A DNA stretch of 64,000 nucleotides from positions 32,001 through 96,000 of IMG/VR virus record IMGVR_UViG_3300044297_000138. One strand, written 5' to 3'. The stretch comes from a virus. Lineage: Duplodnaviria; Caudoviricetes. Under the pieces are notes generated by a model, which was not told the origin of the DNA, made no database searches, and worked only from the letters and a program-made list of their open reading frames with translations. Below, piece after piece: positions 42,347-52,038 of the stretch. Every line of letters begins with the position of its first letter. The first letter of the stretch is position 1. Made by a program: the position numbers and the translations under genes.

Positions 42347-43407
42347 AAATAGCGTTAATAACTGACCAACATTTTGGTGTTCGCAACGATGCATTACATG
42401 TTTTGGATTTTTACGAAAAATTTTATAAAGACGTATTCTTTCCAAGAATCAAAGAAGAAAAAGTCGATGCAGTATTGATGTTAGGTGATACATTTGACCG
42501 TAGAAAATATCTCAACTTCAATACACTTAAACGTGCCAAAGAAATGTTCTTTGATCCTTTGGCTTATATGGGTATTGATGTGCATATTTTGGCTGGTAAC
42601 CATGACACATATTTTAAAAATACCAACGAAGTGAATTCGGTAGATTTATTACTGAAAGAATACAGCAGTTCATTTAATGTGATTGATCATCCAACTGAAA
42701 TCTATGTTGGACCACATAAGATATGCATGATGCCATGGATTTGTGCCGAAAACTATGATGATTCAATGCAAACATTGAAAGAGACTGATGCAACCATTTG
42801 TTGTGGCCATTTTGAAATCGCAGGTTTTGCCATGTATCGTGGTATGCCATCTGAGGAAGGACTAGATCGTGGAATGTTTCGTAAATTCAATTATACTTTT
42901 AGTGGGCACTACCATCATAAGTCTAGTGACGGCGGTATACATTATTTGGGCAATCCATACGAACTTACGTGGCAAGATTACAATGATAGTCGTGGCTTTC
43001 ATATACTTGATTTGGACACCGATAGCCTTGAGTTCGTTGAAAATCCTCACAAGATGTTCTTTAAATTGATTTATGATGACAAGAATGATTCCATAACCGA
43101 TATTACAAATATAGATATGGGACCATATAAAGATACCTATGTCAAAGTGGTTGTAATGAACAAAACCAATCCATATTTGTTTGACAAGTTTATGAATAAT
43201 CTGTATAATGTCAACCCATCAGACATTACGATTGTTGAGGACTTCACCGACATAAACGAAGGTGTTGATGAGGTTGTGGATCAGGCCGAAGATACCTTGA
43301 CAATATTAAACAAGTATGTTGATTCCGTTCAAGAAGAAAACATAGATAATATTAGATTGAAAAATTTGTTGAAACAACTTTATGTGGAAGCAATTAATAT
43401 AGAATGA
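42343..43407 (+). CDS. gp47: recombination endonuclease gp47 (Mre11-like)
   Basis: TDQHFG; GDTFD; GNHD; SGHYH. Confidence 0.95.
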   Translation: MKIALITDQHFGVRNDALHVLDFYEKFYKDVFFPRIKEEKVDAVLMLGDTFDRRKYLNFNTLKRAKEMFFDPLAYMGIDVHILAGNHDTYFKNTNEVNSVDLLLKEYSSSFNVIDHPTEIYVGPHKICMMPWICAENYDDSMQTLKETDATICCGHFEIAGFAMYRGMPSEEGLDRGMFRKFNYTFSGHYHHKSSDGGIHYLGNPYELTWQDYNDSRGFHILDLDTDSLEFVENPHKMFFKLIYDDKNDSITDITNIDMGPYKDTYVKVVVMNKTNPYLFDKFMNNLYNVNPSDITIVEDFTDINEGVDEVVDQAEDTLTILNKYVDSVQEENIDNIRLKNLLKQLYVEAINIE

Positions 43408-45122
43408 TTTTATTCCAAAAAATTCGCTGGAAAAATTTCTTATCAACTGGCGCACACTTCACAGAACTAAACTTCACGAAGTCTCCTAATACTTTGATTG
43501 TAGGCCAAAATGGTGCCGGTAAATCTACTGTATTGGATGCTTTGTGTTTTGGATTATTTGGTAAGCCCTTTCGGAAGATAAATAAACCACAACTGTTAAA
43601 TTCTATCAATGCTCGTGATGCACTTGTTGAGATTGAATTTGAAATTGGTAAAAAGAAATACAAAGTTATTCGTGGTATCAAACCAAATGTGTTTGAAATC
43701 TATTTGAATGGCGTATTGCTGAACCAGGATGCAGCTGCGAAAGATTACCAAGACGTACTAGAGAATCAAATTCTCAAATTAAATTTTAAGTCTTTTACGC
43801 AGGTTGTTATCCTTGGTTCAGCATCTTTTGTTCCTTTCATGCAACTGTCGGCCGCAGACAGAAGAACCATCATTGAAGATTTGTTAGATATTCAAATCTT
43901 TTCCACAATGCATGGTGTTTCCAAAGACATGCTTTCAATTAACAAAGAAAACTTGACCACAACCAAGTATGATATTTCTTTGCTTGAAGAAAAAATTAAG
44001 ATGCAAAAGGAAACAATTGAAGAAAATAAGAAACACAATGATGAAGAAATCACCAAGAAAAATACCGAGATTGGTAATTCACAGAATCAATACAATAAAT
44101 TACAAGAAGATAATAAATTAATACAAAAACATTGTGACCAAATCACACTCAAAATTGGTGATAGAAAACAAAAATTGGAAAAGAAATCAAAAGGTTTGTT
44201 TCAGGTACAAGGCAAAATTCAAACAAATATAAACAGACATACAAAAGATATTGAATTTTATGAAAACAACCATGACTGTCCGACATGTAAACAATCCATT
44301 ACAGAAGAATGGAAACAATCACAACTTGATACAAAAAACACCAAGATTGGTGAACAGAAAAAGAATCTTGAAGAAGTTGAGGATGCAATCAAGGACGTTA
44401 CGAATGAACTTACAGAAGTTTCAAACCTAGTCAATCATGTCAACGGACATACTAGTGAGATTACAAAAAATATGGCTACGATGGCCGCTATATTGGATTA
44501 TATTAGTAAATTACAGGCAGATGTAACCGAACTTTCTAAAAAAGTTGGTAATACAGAGGAAGATAATGTAAAGCTAACAGAACTAAAAACAGAGTTAGCG
44601 AATAAAGAACAATCTTATCAAACATTGATAGTAGATAAACAGTATTTGGAATATGCCGGTACATTGTTAAAAGATGGTGGTATTAAAACCAGAATTATTA
44701 AACAGTATTTGCCGATTATGAACAAATTAATAAACAAGTATTTATCGGCAATGGACTTTTTTGTCAATTTTAATATTGATGAAAACTTTAATGAAACAAT
44801 TAAGAGCCGCTTTCGTGATGAGTTTTCTTATGCAAACTTTTCTGAAGGTGAAAAGATGCGTATTGATTTGGCTTTGTTGTTCACCTGGCGACAAATTGCC
44901 AAAATTAAAAACAGTACCAATACTAATCTATTGATATTAGATGAGGTGTTTGATTCAAGTTTGGATATCGTAGGCACAGAAGAATTTTTAAAATTGATTC
45001 AAGAAATGGGCAAAGACACAAACATCTTTGTTATCAGCCATAAAGGAGATCAACTGTTTGATAAATTCCGTTCTGTAATTAAGTTTGAGAAAAAAGGAAA
45101 CTTTTCAAGGATTGCAAAATGA
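43404..45122 (+). CDS. gp46: recombination ATPase gp46 (Rad50-like)
   Basis: GQNGAGKS; CPTC hook; FSEGEK; ILDEVFD. Confidence 0.96.
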   Translation: MILFQKIRWKNFLSTGAHFTELNFTKSPNTLIVGQNGAGKSTVLDALCFGLFGKPFRKINKPQLLNSINARDALVEIEFEIGKKKYKVIRGIKPNVFEIYLNGVLLNQDAAAKDYQDVLENQILKLNFKSFTQVVILGSASFVPFMQLSAADRRTIIEDLLDIQIFSTMHGVSKDMLSINKENLTTTKYDISLLEEKIKMQKETIEENKKHNDEEITKKNTEIGNSQNQYNKLQEDNKLIQKHCDQITLKIGDRKQKLEKKSKGLFQVQGKIQTNINRHTKDIEFYENNHDCPTCKQSITEEWKQSQLDTKNTKIGEQKKNLEEVEDAIKDVTNELTEVSNLVNHVNGHTSEITKNMATMAAILDYISKLQADVTELSKKVGNTEEDNVKLTELKTELANKEQSYQTLIVDKQYLEYAGTLLKDGGIKTRIIKQYLPIMNKLINKYLSAMDFFVNFNIDENFNETIKSRFRDEFSYANFSEGEKMRIDLALLFTWRQIAKIKNSTNTNLLILDEVFDSSLDIVGTEEFLKLIQEMGKDTNIFVISHKGDQLFDKFRSVIKFEKKGNFSRIAK

Positions 45123-45727
45123 GTAATGAAAATGATATTGTTTTATACGACACAGGCGAAGCGAGTAAATTAACAAAGGTTGAAAAACAACCATTAAAAA
45201 CATTTGATTTGGTTCCACCAGATTGGCCTACATTACACAGACCAACAATAGAATTTGATTTTGAAAAACCTCCTGTTGATCCTAATGAGTTCGCATCTTC
45301 ACTTGTGGAAACATGTAAGAAGAATAATGGTCTAGGTCTTTCTGCCAATCAATGTGGTTATCCTTACCAAGTGTTTGTAATGGGTAGTGGTGATAATTAT
45401 ATTTCCTGTTTCAATCCAAAATTGATTTCTGCCGAAGGTGAAACACATATGGCTGAAGGGTGTCTTTCTTTTCCATTATTACAACTCAGAATTACAAGAC
45501 CAAAGAAAATAAATGTGGAATACCAGGACTGGAATGGCGAGAAACATACCACAACTTTTGATGGTATAACCGCCAGAGTCTTTCTACATGAGCTTGACCA
45601 CATGAACGGAATAGTGTATACTAGCCGTGTAAAACCTCTTGCATTACAATCTGGTATTAAAAAACTGGAAAAAATTAAGCGCAAGTATTTTAATCCTAAT
45701 ATGATGAAAAAAATTGTGAATGGCTAA
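45119..45727 (+). CDS. def: peptide deformylase
   Basis: GLGLSANQ; EGCLS; HELDH. Confidence 0.93.
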   Translation: MSNENDIVLYDTGEASKLTKVEKQPLKTFDLVPPDWPTLHRPTIEFDFEKPPVDPNEFASSLVETCKKNNGLGLSANQCGYPYQVFVMGSGDNYISCFNPKLISAEGETHMAEGCLSFPLLQLRITRPKKINVEYQDWNGEKHTTTFDGITARVFLHELDHMNGIVYTSRVKPLALQSGIKKLEKIKRKYFNPNMMKKIVNG

Positions 45728-47051
45728 AAAATTACAAATAATTAATACTGTTTTTGGTGAAGAAGAACAGGTTGTAAATTCCAAAGAAGTTCCAAGTATT
45801 GATGAACAATGGAAAATTTATCAAAGTTCTAAAGACTTTGCTAACATTGAACATATTGACACCGAACAATTAAAACATGATTTGATTACCGATTTAACAA
45901 TTAAATCGCAAATGGATGTTCGTGAGTATACTTTGTACCAAAAATGGTGTGAAGTTAAAGAGAAGTTTCCAACCAATAAAAATACTTTGGTTGGTGTGCC
46001 AACTTTGATAAACACAAAACACGAAGAACTCATTTCTAAATTTAAATCAAATATTTGGGTGCCTAACGATCCGGATGATTTTGCAAAATTGAAACCAAAA
46101 ATGAAGTTATGTAATGATTCTTCATCAAAAGATTATAATGCAGAAAATTGGAATATTTTGCGTACCTTTTCTTCCACAATGAAGAACAATTCAAACATTG
46201 GCCGCAATCTATATTACATCGTGATTGATGAAGTAACAGAAAAAAATCTAGGTGTTATTTGTATTTCATCCGACTTTTTGGATTTAACACCAAGAGATAA
46301 GTATATTGGTTGGCCTAAAGATATTAAGACCACCGGTAATATGATTAATCATACTGCCATTGGTTCAACGATTGTGCCACTACAACCTCTTGGTTTTAAT
46401 TACATGGGTGGCAAATTATTGGCATTGTTATGCCTTTCAGATACAGTTCAAAACGATTGGAGAAATCAGTATGGAGATGTTCTTGTTGGCGTTACTACTA
46501 CTTCTTTATATGGTAATACAAAGTCCAATGGGTTATCTCAGTATGACGGATTGGAACACTGGAACAAAATGGGATTTAGTTCGGGTTCAGTTGCTTTTGA
46601 TCCTGATAGAACTATACTTAATCGTATCTATAATTGGGTAAAAGAAAATCACACCAAACATTATTTTGAATGGTGGGAAGCCAAGAAGCCCAATGGTCTA
46701 CCTTACAAACGTGACCATAAAAACCGAACATTGCATTTTGCATATAGCAAGATGAAGATACCAAAAGATTTGGTAAAATGTGCCCACCAACGTGGCATTT
46801 ATTTTTCGCCTCTGTATAACAATACATGCGAATTTTTACGCAAAGAGATTACGGCAGATCAACTGGTAAAGTCTTTCGATACCAGTGAAGAAACTTTGGC
46901 AAATATTTGGAAAACAAAGTATGCCAAAGGCCGTATTTCCATGTTGAAGAAAAAGAACAATGTATCGTATGAATCACTATTCTACGATGATCTTATCTTC
47001 ATGTCATGGGAAGAAACTAAAGCAAAATACCTACCACAAGTTGGTCGGTAA
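45720..47051 (+). CDS. DUF4338/Druantia DruA-like protein
   Basis: GRNLYY...LGVI...RDKYIGW...P.G..Y.GGKLLALL...TTTSLYG...SQY motifs, recognised from memory. Confidence 0.65.
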   Translation: MAKKLQIINTVFGEEEQVVNSKEVPSIDEQWKIYQSSKDFANIEHIDTEQLKHDLITDLTIKSQMDVREYTLYQKWCEVKEKFPTNKNTLVGVPTLINTKHEELISKFKSNIWVPNDPDDFAKLKPKMKLCNDSSSKDYNAENWNILRTFSSTMKNNSNIGRNLYYIVIDEVTEKNLGVICISSDFLDLTPRDKYIGWPKDIKTTGNMINHTAIGSTIVPLQPLGFNYMGGKLLALLCLSDTVQNDWRNQYGDVLVGVTTTSLYGNTKSNGLSQYDGLEHWNKMGFSSGSVAFDPDRTILNRIYNWVKENHTKHYFEWWEAKKPNGLPYKRDHKNRTLHFAYSKMKIPKDLVKCAHQRGIYFSPLYNNTCEFLRKEITADQLVKSFDTSEETLANIWKTKYAKGRISMLKKKNNVSYESLFYDDLIFMSWEETKAKYLPQVGR

Positions 47052-47055
47052 TTGC

Positions 47056-47084
47056 TTGACACATATACTATATAATAGTATAAT
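47056..47084 (+). promoter_or_regulatory. consensus sigma70 promoter
   Basis: TTGACA-17 bp-TATAAT. Confidence 0.85.
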
Positions 47085-47138
47085 GCACCTACTTGCAAAA
47101 GCAGGTTTACTTTATTAACTTATCATTAGGAGTTTGAT

Positions 47139-47405
47139 ATGAAATTGTCAGCTAAACAACGTATCCTTAATTTCTTGAGCAAGAAACAAGGTTACAACAC
47201 TTTGTCCGTTGCACAGGCTCGTGCTCGTTTCGGCGTTCAAAACGTCAGCGCTCGCATTGAGGAACTTCGCCAAGAAGGTCATTGCATCTACACAAACACC
47301 AAGCGCCGTGCTGACGGCAGCAAGGTTAGTGTTTATCGCCTAGGCACACCTACCAGATCCATGGTTCGTGCTGCTATCAAAGGTGGTTTCAGCTTTAATG
47401 CCTAA
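47139..47405 (+). CDS. small basic winged-helix DNA-binding protein
   Basis: ARARFGVQNVSARIEELRQEG...YRLG; AGGAG RBS. Confidence 0.7.
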   Translation: MKLSAKQRILNFLSKKQGYNTLSVAQARARFGVQNVSARIEELRQEGHCIYTNTKRRADGSKVSVYRLGTPTRSMVRAAIKGGFSFNA

Positions 47406-47419
47406 TCATTAGGCCTTCA

Positions 47420-47451
47420 GGGAGACGCCGTAATTGGCTCTCCCTTTTTTT
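47420..47451 (+). terminator. intrinsic terminator
   Basis: GGGAGA...TCTCCC followed by T7. Confidence 0.8.
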
Positions 47452-47466
47452 GTTTTTGGAGAGAAA

Positions 47467-48285
47467 ATGGAAATTAAAATTTCAAAAGAAGAATTATCCA
47501 AAAAAAGTATTTTTGTGGCCACACCCATGTATGGCGGCATGAATCACGGATTATATGCTAAAGCTTGTTTAGACCTACAGGCTCTCTGTGTCCACTATGG
47601 CGTACAAGTTAAATTTTCATTTCTTTTCAATGAATCTTTAATTACCCGTGCCAGAAACTATCTTGTTGATGAATTTTTGAATCGTTCAGACTGCACACAT
47701 ATGTTGTTTATTGATTCAGACATTCACTTTGATCCTAAAGATGTAATCGCACTTTTGGCTTTGGACAGAGATGTGATAGGTGGTCCCTATCCAAAGAAAG
47801 CAATCAAGTGGCGTTCTGTTAGAAAAGCCATGGAAAAGAATCCAGACATTGATGTTGGTGTTTTGGAAAAAGTAACTGGTGATTATGTTTTTAATCCAGT
47901 TAAGGGCACCGCACAATTTTCCGTTACTGAACCTTTGGAAGTTTTGGAAATTGGAACAGGTTACATGATGATTAAGAGAGAAGTTTTCCCTGTAATGGAG
48001 AAGGCATATCCTCAACTTCGTTATCGTCCTGACCACGTTGGCCAAGCACACTTCGATGGTTCTCGTTACATTCATGCGTTCTTTGATACTATCATTGACA
48101 CAGCAGATTCAGCTACTGGTGGTGGTTCTGATCGTTATTTGAGTGAAGATTATATGTTCTGCCAGTTGTGGAGAAAAGCTGGTGGTAAAATCTGGCTATG
48201 TCCTTGGATGAAAACACAACACATTGGTACATATCATTTTACTGGTGATATGCCTGCTGTTGCCAATTTCGTTGGAGAGATGTAA
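47467..48285 (+). CDS. GT-A fold glycosyltransferase-like protein
   Basis: VATPMYGG; ESLITRARN; FIDSDI (DxD); LSEDY.FC. Confidence 0.75.
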   Translation: MEIKISKEELSKKSIFVATPMYGGMNHGLYAKACLDLQALCVHYGVQVKFSFLFNESLITRARNYLVDEFLNRSDCTHMLFIDSDIHFDPKDVIALLALDRDVIGGPYPKKAIKWRSVRKAMEKNPDIDVGVLEKVTGDYVFNPVKGTAQFSVTEPLEVLEIGTGYMMIKREVFPVMEKAYPQLRYRPDHVGQAHFDGSRYIHAFFDTIIDTADSATGGGSDRYLSEDYMFCQLWRKAGGKIWLCPWMKTQHIGTYHFTGDMPAVANFVGEM

Positions 48286-48286
48286 A

Positions 48287-48676
48287 ATGGCCATGTATGA
48301 AGAATATGATACTATTCAATTACCTAAAAATATTGAAGATCAAATAGAGAAAACAAAGTTATCTCTTATATCAGAACCTCTTGGTCGTAAATTTGATGGC
48401 GGCAAACTAGAATATGGTTTGCTTCCACCATATGCACTACAAGAAACTGTTAAAGTTTTAACTTTTGGTGCTCAGAAATATGAACGTAACAATTGGATTC
48501 ATGTAGACGATGGTATTCGCCGATACTTTGATGCACTACAACGACATGTATGGGCATGGAAAATGGGTGAAAACATTGATCCAGAATCAGGTCTACATCA
48601 TTTGGCACACGCCATGTGTTGTTTGATGTTCTTGTATGAAAGAGAAGTAATTTATAATGAAAAGGATGTGAAATGA
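48287..48676 (+). CDS. dATP/dGTP diphosphohydrolase-like (DUF5664/MazG-type)
   Basis: KFDGGK...LTFGAQKY..NNW...DPESGLHHLAHA. Confidence 0.8.
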   Translation: MAMYEEYDTIQLPKNIEDQIEKTKLSLISEPLGRKFDGGKLEYGLLPPYALQETVKVLTFGAQKYERNNWIHVDDGIRRYFDALQRHVWAWKMGENIDPESGLHHLAHAMCCLMFLYEREVIYNEKDVK

Positions 48677-49347
48677 AACTATCAAATGAAACGCTAAACG
48701 TATTGAAAAACTTTGCTGGTATTAATTCCGGTATTGAATTCAAACAAGGAAATAAAATTTCCACAATCTCATCTACTAAAACTGTGTTGGCAAAAGCCAC
48801 ACTCAAAGATGAATTCCCACAAGACTTTTGTATCTATGACTTGAATCAGTTTTTATCTGTTCATTCATTGAGTAAAGATACTGAGTTGGACTTTGATTCT
48901 CAAAATGTTATTTTTAAAGCAGGCCGTTCAAAGACCAAATATCGCATGACGGCAAAAAACATGATTGTTTCTCCTCCGGACAAAGAGTTGAAACTACCAT
49001 CTATTGACGCTGAGTTCAAGTTGACACAAGATGATTTATCACAAGCATTGAAGAACGCTTCTGTTTTACAATCACCTAACCTTGCATTTGAATCTGATGG
49101 CGAAACAGTTTCTGTTACCGTATTTAATGCAAAGGATGATTCTGCACACACCAACACAACCATTATTCATAGTGATGGTCAGTATAGGAAATTTAAAGCA
49201 GTATTCTTGGTTGAAAACTTTAAGATGATTCCCGACACTTATAATGTTGAAGTTTCGTCTGCTGGACTTTCATCGTTTAAGAATGAAGCCGGAGATATGC
49301 AATATTTTATTGCCATTGAATCTAAAGATTCCAAGTTCGGAGAATAA
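48673..49347 (+). CDS. gp45: sliding clamp gp45
   Basis: MKLS.ETL.VLKNFA.IN; F.IYDLNQFL. Confidence 0.93.
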   Translation: MKLSNETLNVLKNFAGINSGIEFKQGNKISTISSTKTVLAKATLKDEFPQDFCIYDLNQFLSVHSLSKDTELDFDSQNVIFKAGRSKTKYRMTAKNMIVSPPDKELKLPSIDAEFKLTQDDLSQALKNASVLQSPNLAFESDGETVSVTVFNAKDDSAHTNTTIIHSDGQYRKFKAVFLVENFKMIPDTYNVEVSSAGLSSFKNEAGDMQYFIAIESKDSKFGE

Positions 49348-49348
49348 T

Positions 49349-49543
49349 ATGTTGTTATATTTTACTGATGCCATCAATAACAAAAGTGTGGCCGTAAATC
49401 CTGACCATATTATTGCCGTATTTGTTGGACCTGAAAACACCGAACTTGCAGGTAAAACAATCATCAATATTCCATCAGGCACTTTGGCTGTTGTTGAAGA
49501 ATTTATGGGTGTTGTTGGTAGAATCAACGGAGAATTGAAATGA
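49349..49543 (+). CDS. small hypothetical protein
   Basis: GGAG RBS; VAVNPDHI motif. Confidence 0.6.
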   Translation: MLLYFTDAINNKSVAVNPDHIIAVFVGPENTELAGKTIINIPSGTLAVVEEFMGVVGRINGELK

Positions 49544-49815
49544 CTAAAGTGAATACATTGTTTGGTTCATTTGATGATGAACAGTTGAAAAAACTTAAAG
49601 GTTATATTGATGAAGTTGTTTTGCACATGAATAGAAACAAAGCCAACAATGAAGCCATTAAAGATATCATTGATGCCGCAACTGACGAATTGAAAGTTCC
49701 TAAGAAAATCGTCAAACGCATGGCAAAAACACAATTCAACAATTCTTTCCAAACAGAAGTTGCTGAATCAAAAGAGTTTGAGGCCTTATTTGAATCCATG
49801 CAGGATATCAAATGA
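49540..49815 (+). CDS. DsbA-like dsDNA-binding protein
   Basis: IKDII..A.DEL.VP.K...MAK...; helical 91 aa. Confidence 0.65.
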   Translation: MTKVNTLFGSFDDEQLKKLKGYIDEVVLHMNRNKANNEAIKDIIDAATDELKVPKKIVKRMAKTQFNNSFQTEVAESKEFEALFESMQDIK

Positions 49816-50165
49816 ATGACCTGGTAGGACGTAGAACCTTCGCCAAGACCCTAGGCCTTGCTGGCTTAGTGGTTGCAGGCGTATCTGCATACAGGGAAGT
49901 CAAGGAACGGATCGTCTACAAACAAGATGAACTTCCAACCAAGGAATTGGAACAACAACTTGAAAATAAACCTGTGTTGCAACTACAAGCGACATACGGA
50001 GAAGAAGTTCCACCATCAAGAATTTATGGCACAAATGCCATGTATATTATTAATACTGGTCCAATTTATAAACCAGGAACAGAAAAACGTGTTCAGGTAA
50101 ACATTGTACCAGGTCCTGATGGTAAACTTTACGTCAAAGAGAATGACACTTGGCGTAAAATCTGA
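49812..50165 (+). CDS. protein with twin-arginine-like signal/anchor
   Basis: GRRTFAK followed by a hydrophobic stretch. Confidence 0.6.
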   Translation: MNDLVGRRTFAKTLGLAGLVVAGVSAYREVKERIVYKQDELPTKELEQQLENKPVLQLQATYGEEVPPSRIYGTNAMYIINTGPIYKPGTEKRVQVNIVPGPDGKLYVKENDTWRKI

Positions 50166-50197
50166 TATAATTATGTTTTTTATTATGGAGTTTTTGA

Positions 50198-51130
50198 ATG
50201 AGCGAACACATCTTGTGGGTGGAGAAGTATCGTCCACATAAAATTGAAGATTGTATTCTTCCTGATGCACTAAAAAATACCTTTCAGGAATATGTAAATC
50301 GTAAAGAAATCCCTAACCTATTGTTTGCAGGCTCTGCTGGTGTCGGTAAGACAACCGTGGCTCGAGCTCTTTGTGAAGAAGTTGGTTGTGATTACATTGT
50401 TATCAACGGTTCAGAAGAAAACGGCGTTGATACCATTCGTATCAAGATTCGTAACTATGCTTCATCTATGTCGCTTATGGGTGGACGCAAAGTTGTTATT
50501 CTAGACGAAGCAGATTATCTAACACCTAACGCACAAGCTATCCTACGTGCAGGTATTGAAGAATTCTCCAACAATTGTTCTTTCATATTCACCTGTAACT
50601 TTAAAAACAGGATAATTGATCCTATTCATTCTCGGTGTACAGTTATTGACTTTAAGCCCAATGGTTCTAAAGCCAAAATGGCTACACAATTCTTCAAACG
50701 AGTTGAAAACATTCTTGCAGAAGAAAATATTGAGTATGACAAAGAAGTTGTGGCAGCTGTTATCACCAAACACTTCCCAGACAATCGTAGAATTCTAAAT
50801 GAGTTGCAACGTTATGGTGTGAGTGGTAAGATTGACCGTGGTATTTTGGCTGCGGTTTCTGACATTAAGATGACTGAGTTAATTTCCTCACTCAAGGATA
50901 AAGACTTTGCATCTTGCCGTAAATGGGTTACAAATAACCTAGATAACGACCAGACAAGAATCTTCCGCAACATCTATGATGGTCTCTATGAACAACTAAA
51001 AGCCAATTCTGTTCCACAGTTGGTTCTTATTCTTGCCAAGTATCAATATCAGGCCGCCTTTGTGGCAGACCATGAAATCAATTTGATTGCCTGCTTGACA
51101 GAAATTATGATTGAATGTGAATTCAAATGA
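50198..51130 (+). CDS. gp44: clamp loader subunit gp44
   Basis: WVEKYRP; GSAGVGKT; LDEAD; SRC. Confidence 0.95.
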   Translation: MSEHILWVEKYRPHKIEDCILPDALKNTFQEYVNRKEIPNLLFAGSAGVGKTTVARALCEEVGCDYIVINGSEENGVDTIRIKIRNYASSMSLMGGRKVVILDEADYLTPNAQAILRAGIEEFSNNCSFIFTCNFKNRIIDPIHSRCTVIDFKPNGSKAKMATQFFKRVENILAEENIEYDKEVVAAVITKHFPDNRRILNELQRYGVSGKIDRGILAAVSDIKMTELISSLKDKDFASCRKWVTNNLDNDQTRIFRNIYDGLYEQLKANSVPQLVLILAKYQYQAAFVADHEINLIACLTEIMIECEFK

Positions 51131-51501
51131 GTCCGTTTGATTATGTAGACCTGGTTCTCCATAAAAAGAAACAAGATGGAGACCTTGATTTTGTAGATTA
51201 CGCACCATTTATTGTCAATCGGTCACTTTCATATCATTTGGATTGTGTATTATATGCACAAGAAATGAATCTTTGGCCTGCATTGGACAAAGATATGCAA
51301 TACCAGTATCTTCTAAATAGTATCAGGCCTATGAAACGGAAGTTTGCTCCGTGGCAAAAGTCTAAAGTGGAAGAGAATATTGATTGTATCAAAACATATT
51401 TTGGTTATTCAAATCAAAAAGCCAAAGAGGCTTTGCATATTCTTTCTGATGAACAAATCGCTGAAATAAAAAGAAAAACAGATAAAGGCGGAGTGAAATG
51501 A
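51127..51501 (+). CDS. gp62: clamp loader subunit gp62
   Basis: Y.PFIVNRSLS...AQEMN...YFGYS..KA; synteny. Confidence 0.9.
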   Translation: MSPFDYVDLVLHKKKQDGDLDFVDYAPFIVNRSLSYHLDCVLYAQEMNLWPALDKDMQYQYLLNSIRPMKRKFAPWQKSKVEENIDCIKTYFGYSNQKAKEALHILSDEQIAEIKRKTDKGGVK

Positions 51502-51905
51502 TTGACATTAAAGATTTGGTAGAAGTGACATTGAAAGAACAAGATGATTTCTTAAAAGTTCGTGAAACATTAACACGTATTGGTGTCGCTTCCAAAAAAG
51601 ATAAAACACTATACCAATCTTGCCACATTCTCCACAAACGTGGACAATACTATGTGGTACACTTTAAAGAACTATTTGCACTAGACGGAAAGCCAACGGA
51701 CATTACTGATAATGACTTGGCTCGTAGAAATGCAATCGTTAATTTATTAGAAGATTGGGGTCTGTTAAAAGTGGTAAACAAAGAACAGACACAGAAACCA
51801 GAACCAATCTTTCTTTCTCAGGTGAAGATACTTTCACACAAAGAAAAACATGAATGGCAATTGGTACCAAAATATAATATTGGTAAAAAACCACAAAATA
51901 CTTAA
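51498..51905 (+). CDS. regA: translational repressor RegA
   Basis: FLKVRETLTRIG; LYQSCHILHK.G.YY.VHFKE. Confidence 0.95.
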   Translation: MIDIKDLVEVTLKEQDDFLKVRETLTRIGVASKKDKTLYQSCHILHKRGQYYVVHFKELFALDGKPTDITDNDLARRNAIVNLLEDWGLLKVVNKEQTQKPEPIFLSQVKILSHKEKHEWQLVPKYNIGKKPQNT

Positions 51906-51924
51906 TTTATTGACTAAATAAGTA

Positions 51925-52038
51925 TGTCCCATCGGGATGGGAACCAGCAGTCCGAGGTAAGGCTGGTTATAAATTCCTCGGGTCAACGCCTTTTAGGGTT
52001 GGCAAATTTTAATTAACTCGCTTTTTAAGGAGAAACAA
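51925..52038 (+). promoter_or_regulatory. structured 5' UTR of hsp20 (pseudoknot plus ROSE-like SD-occluding hairpin)
   Basis: Stems 51927-51942, 51942-51968, 51982-52003; CCGAGG/CCTCGG pseudoknot; CTCGCT pairs with the AGGAG SD. Confidence 0.6.
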
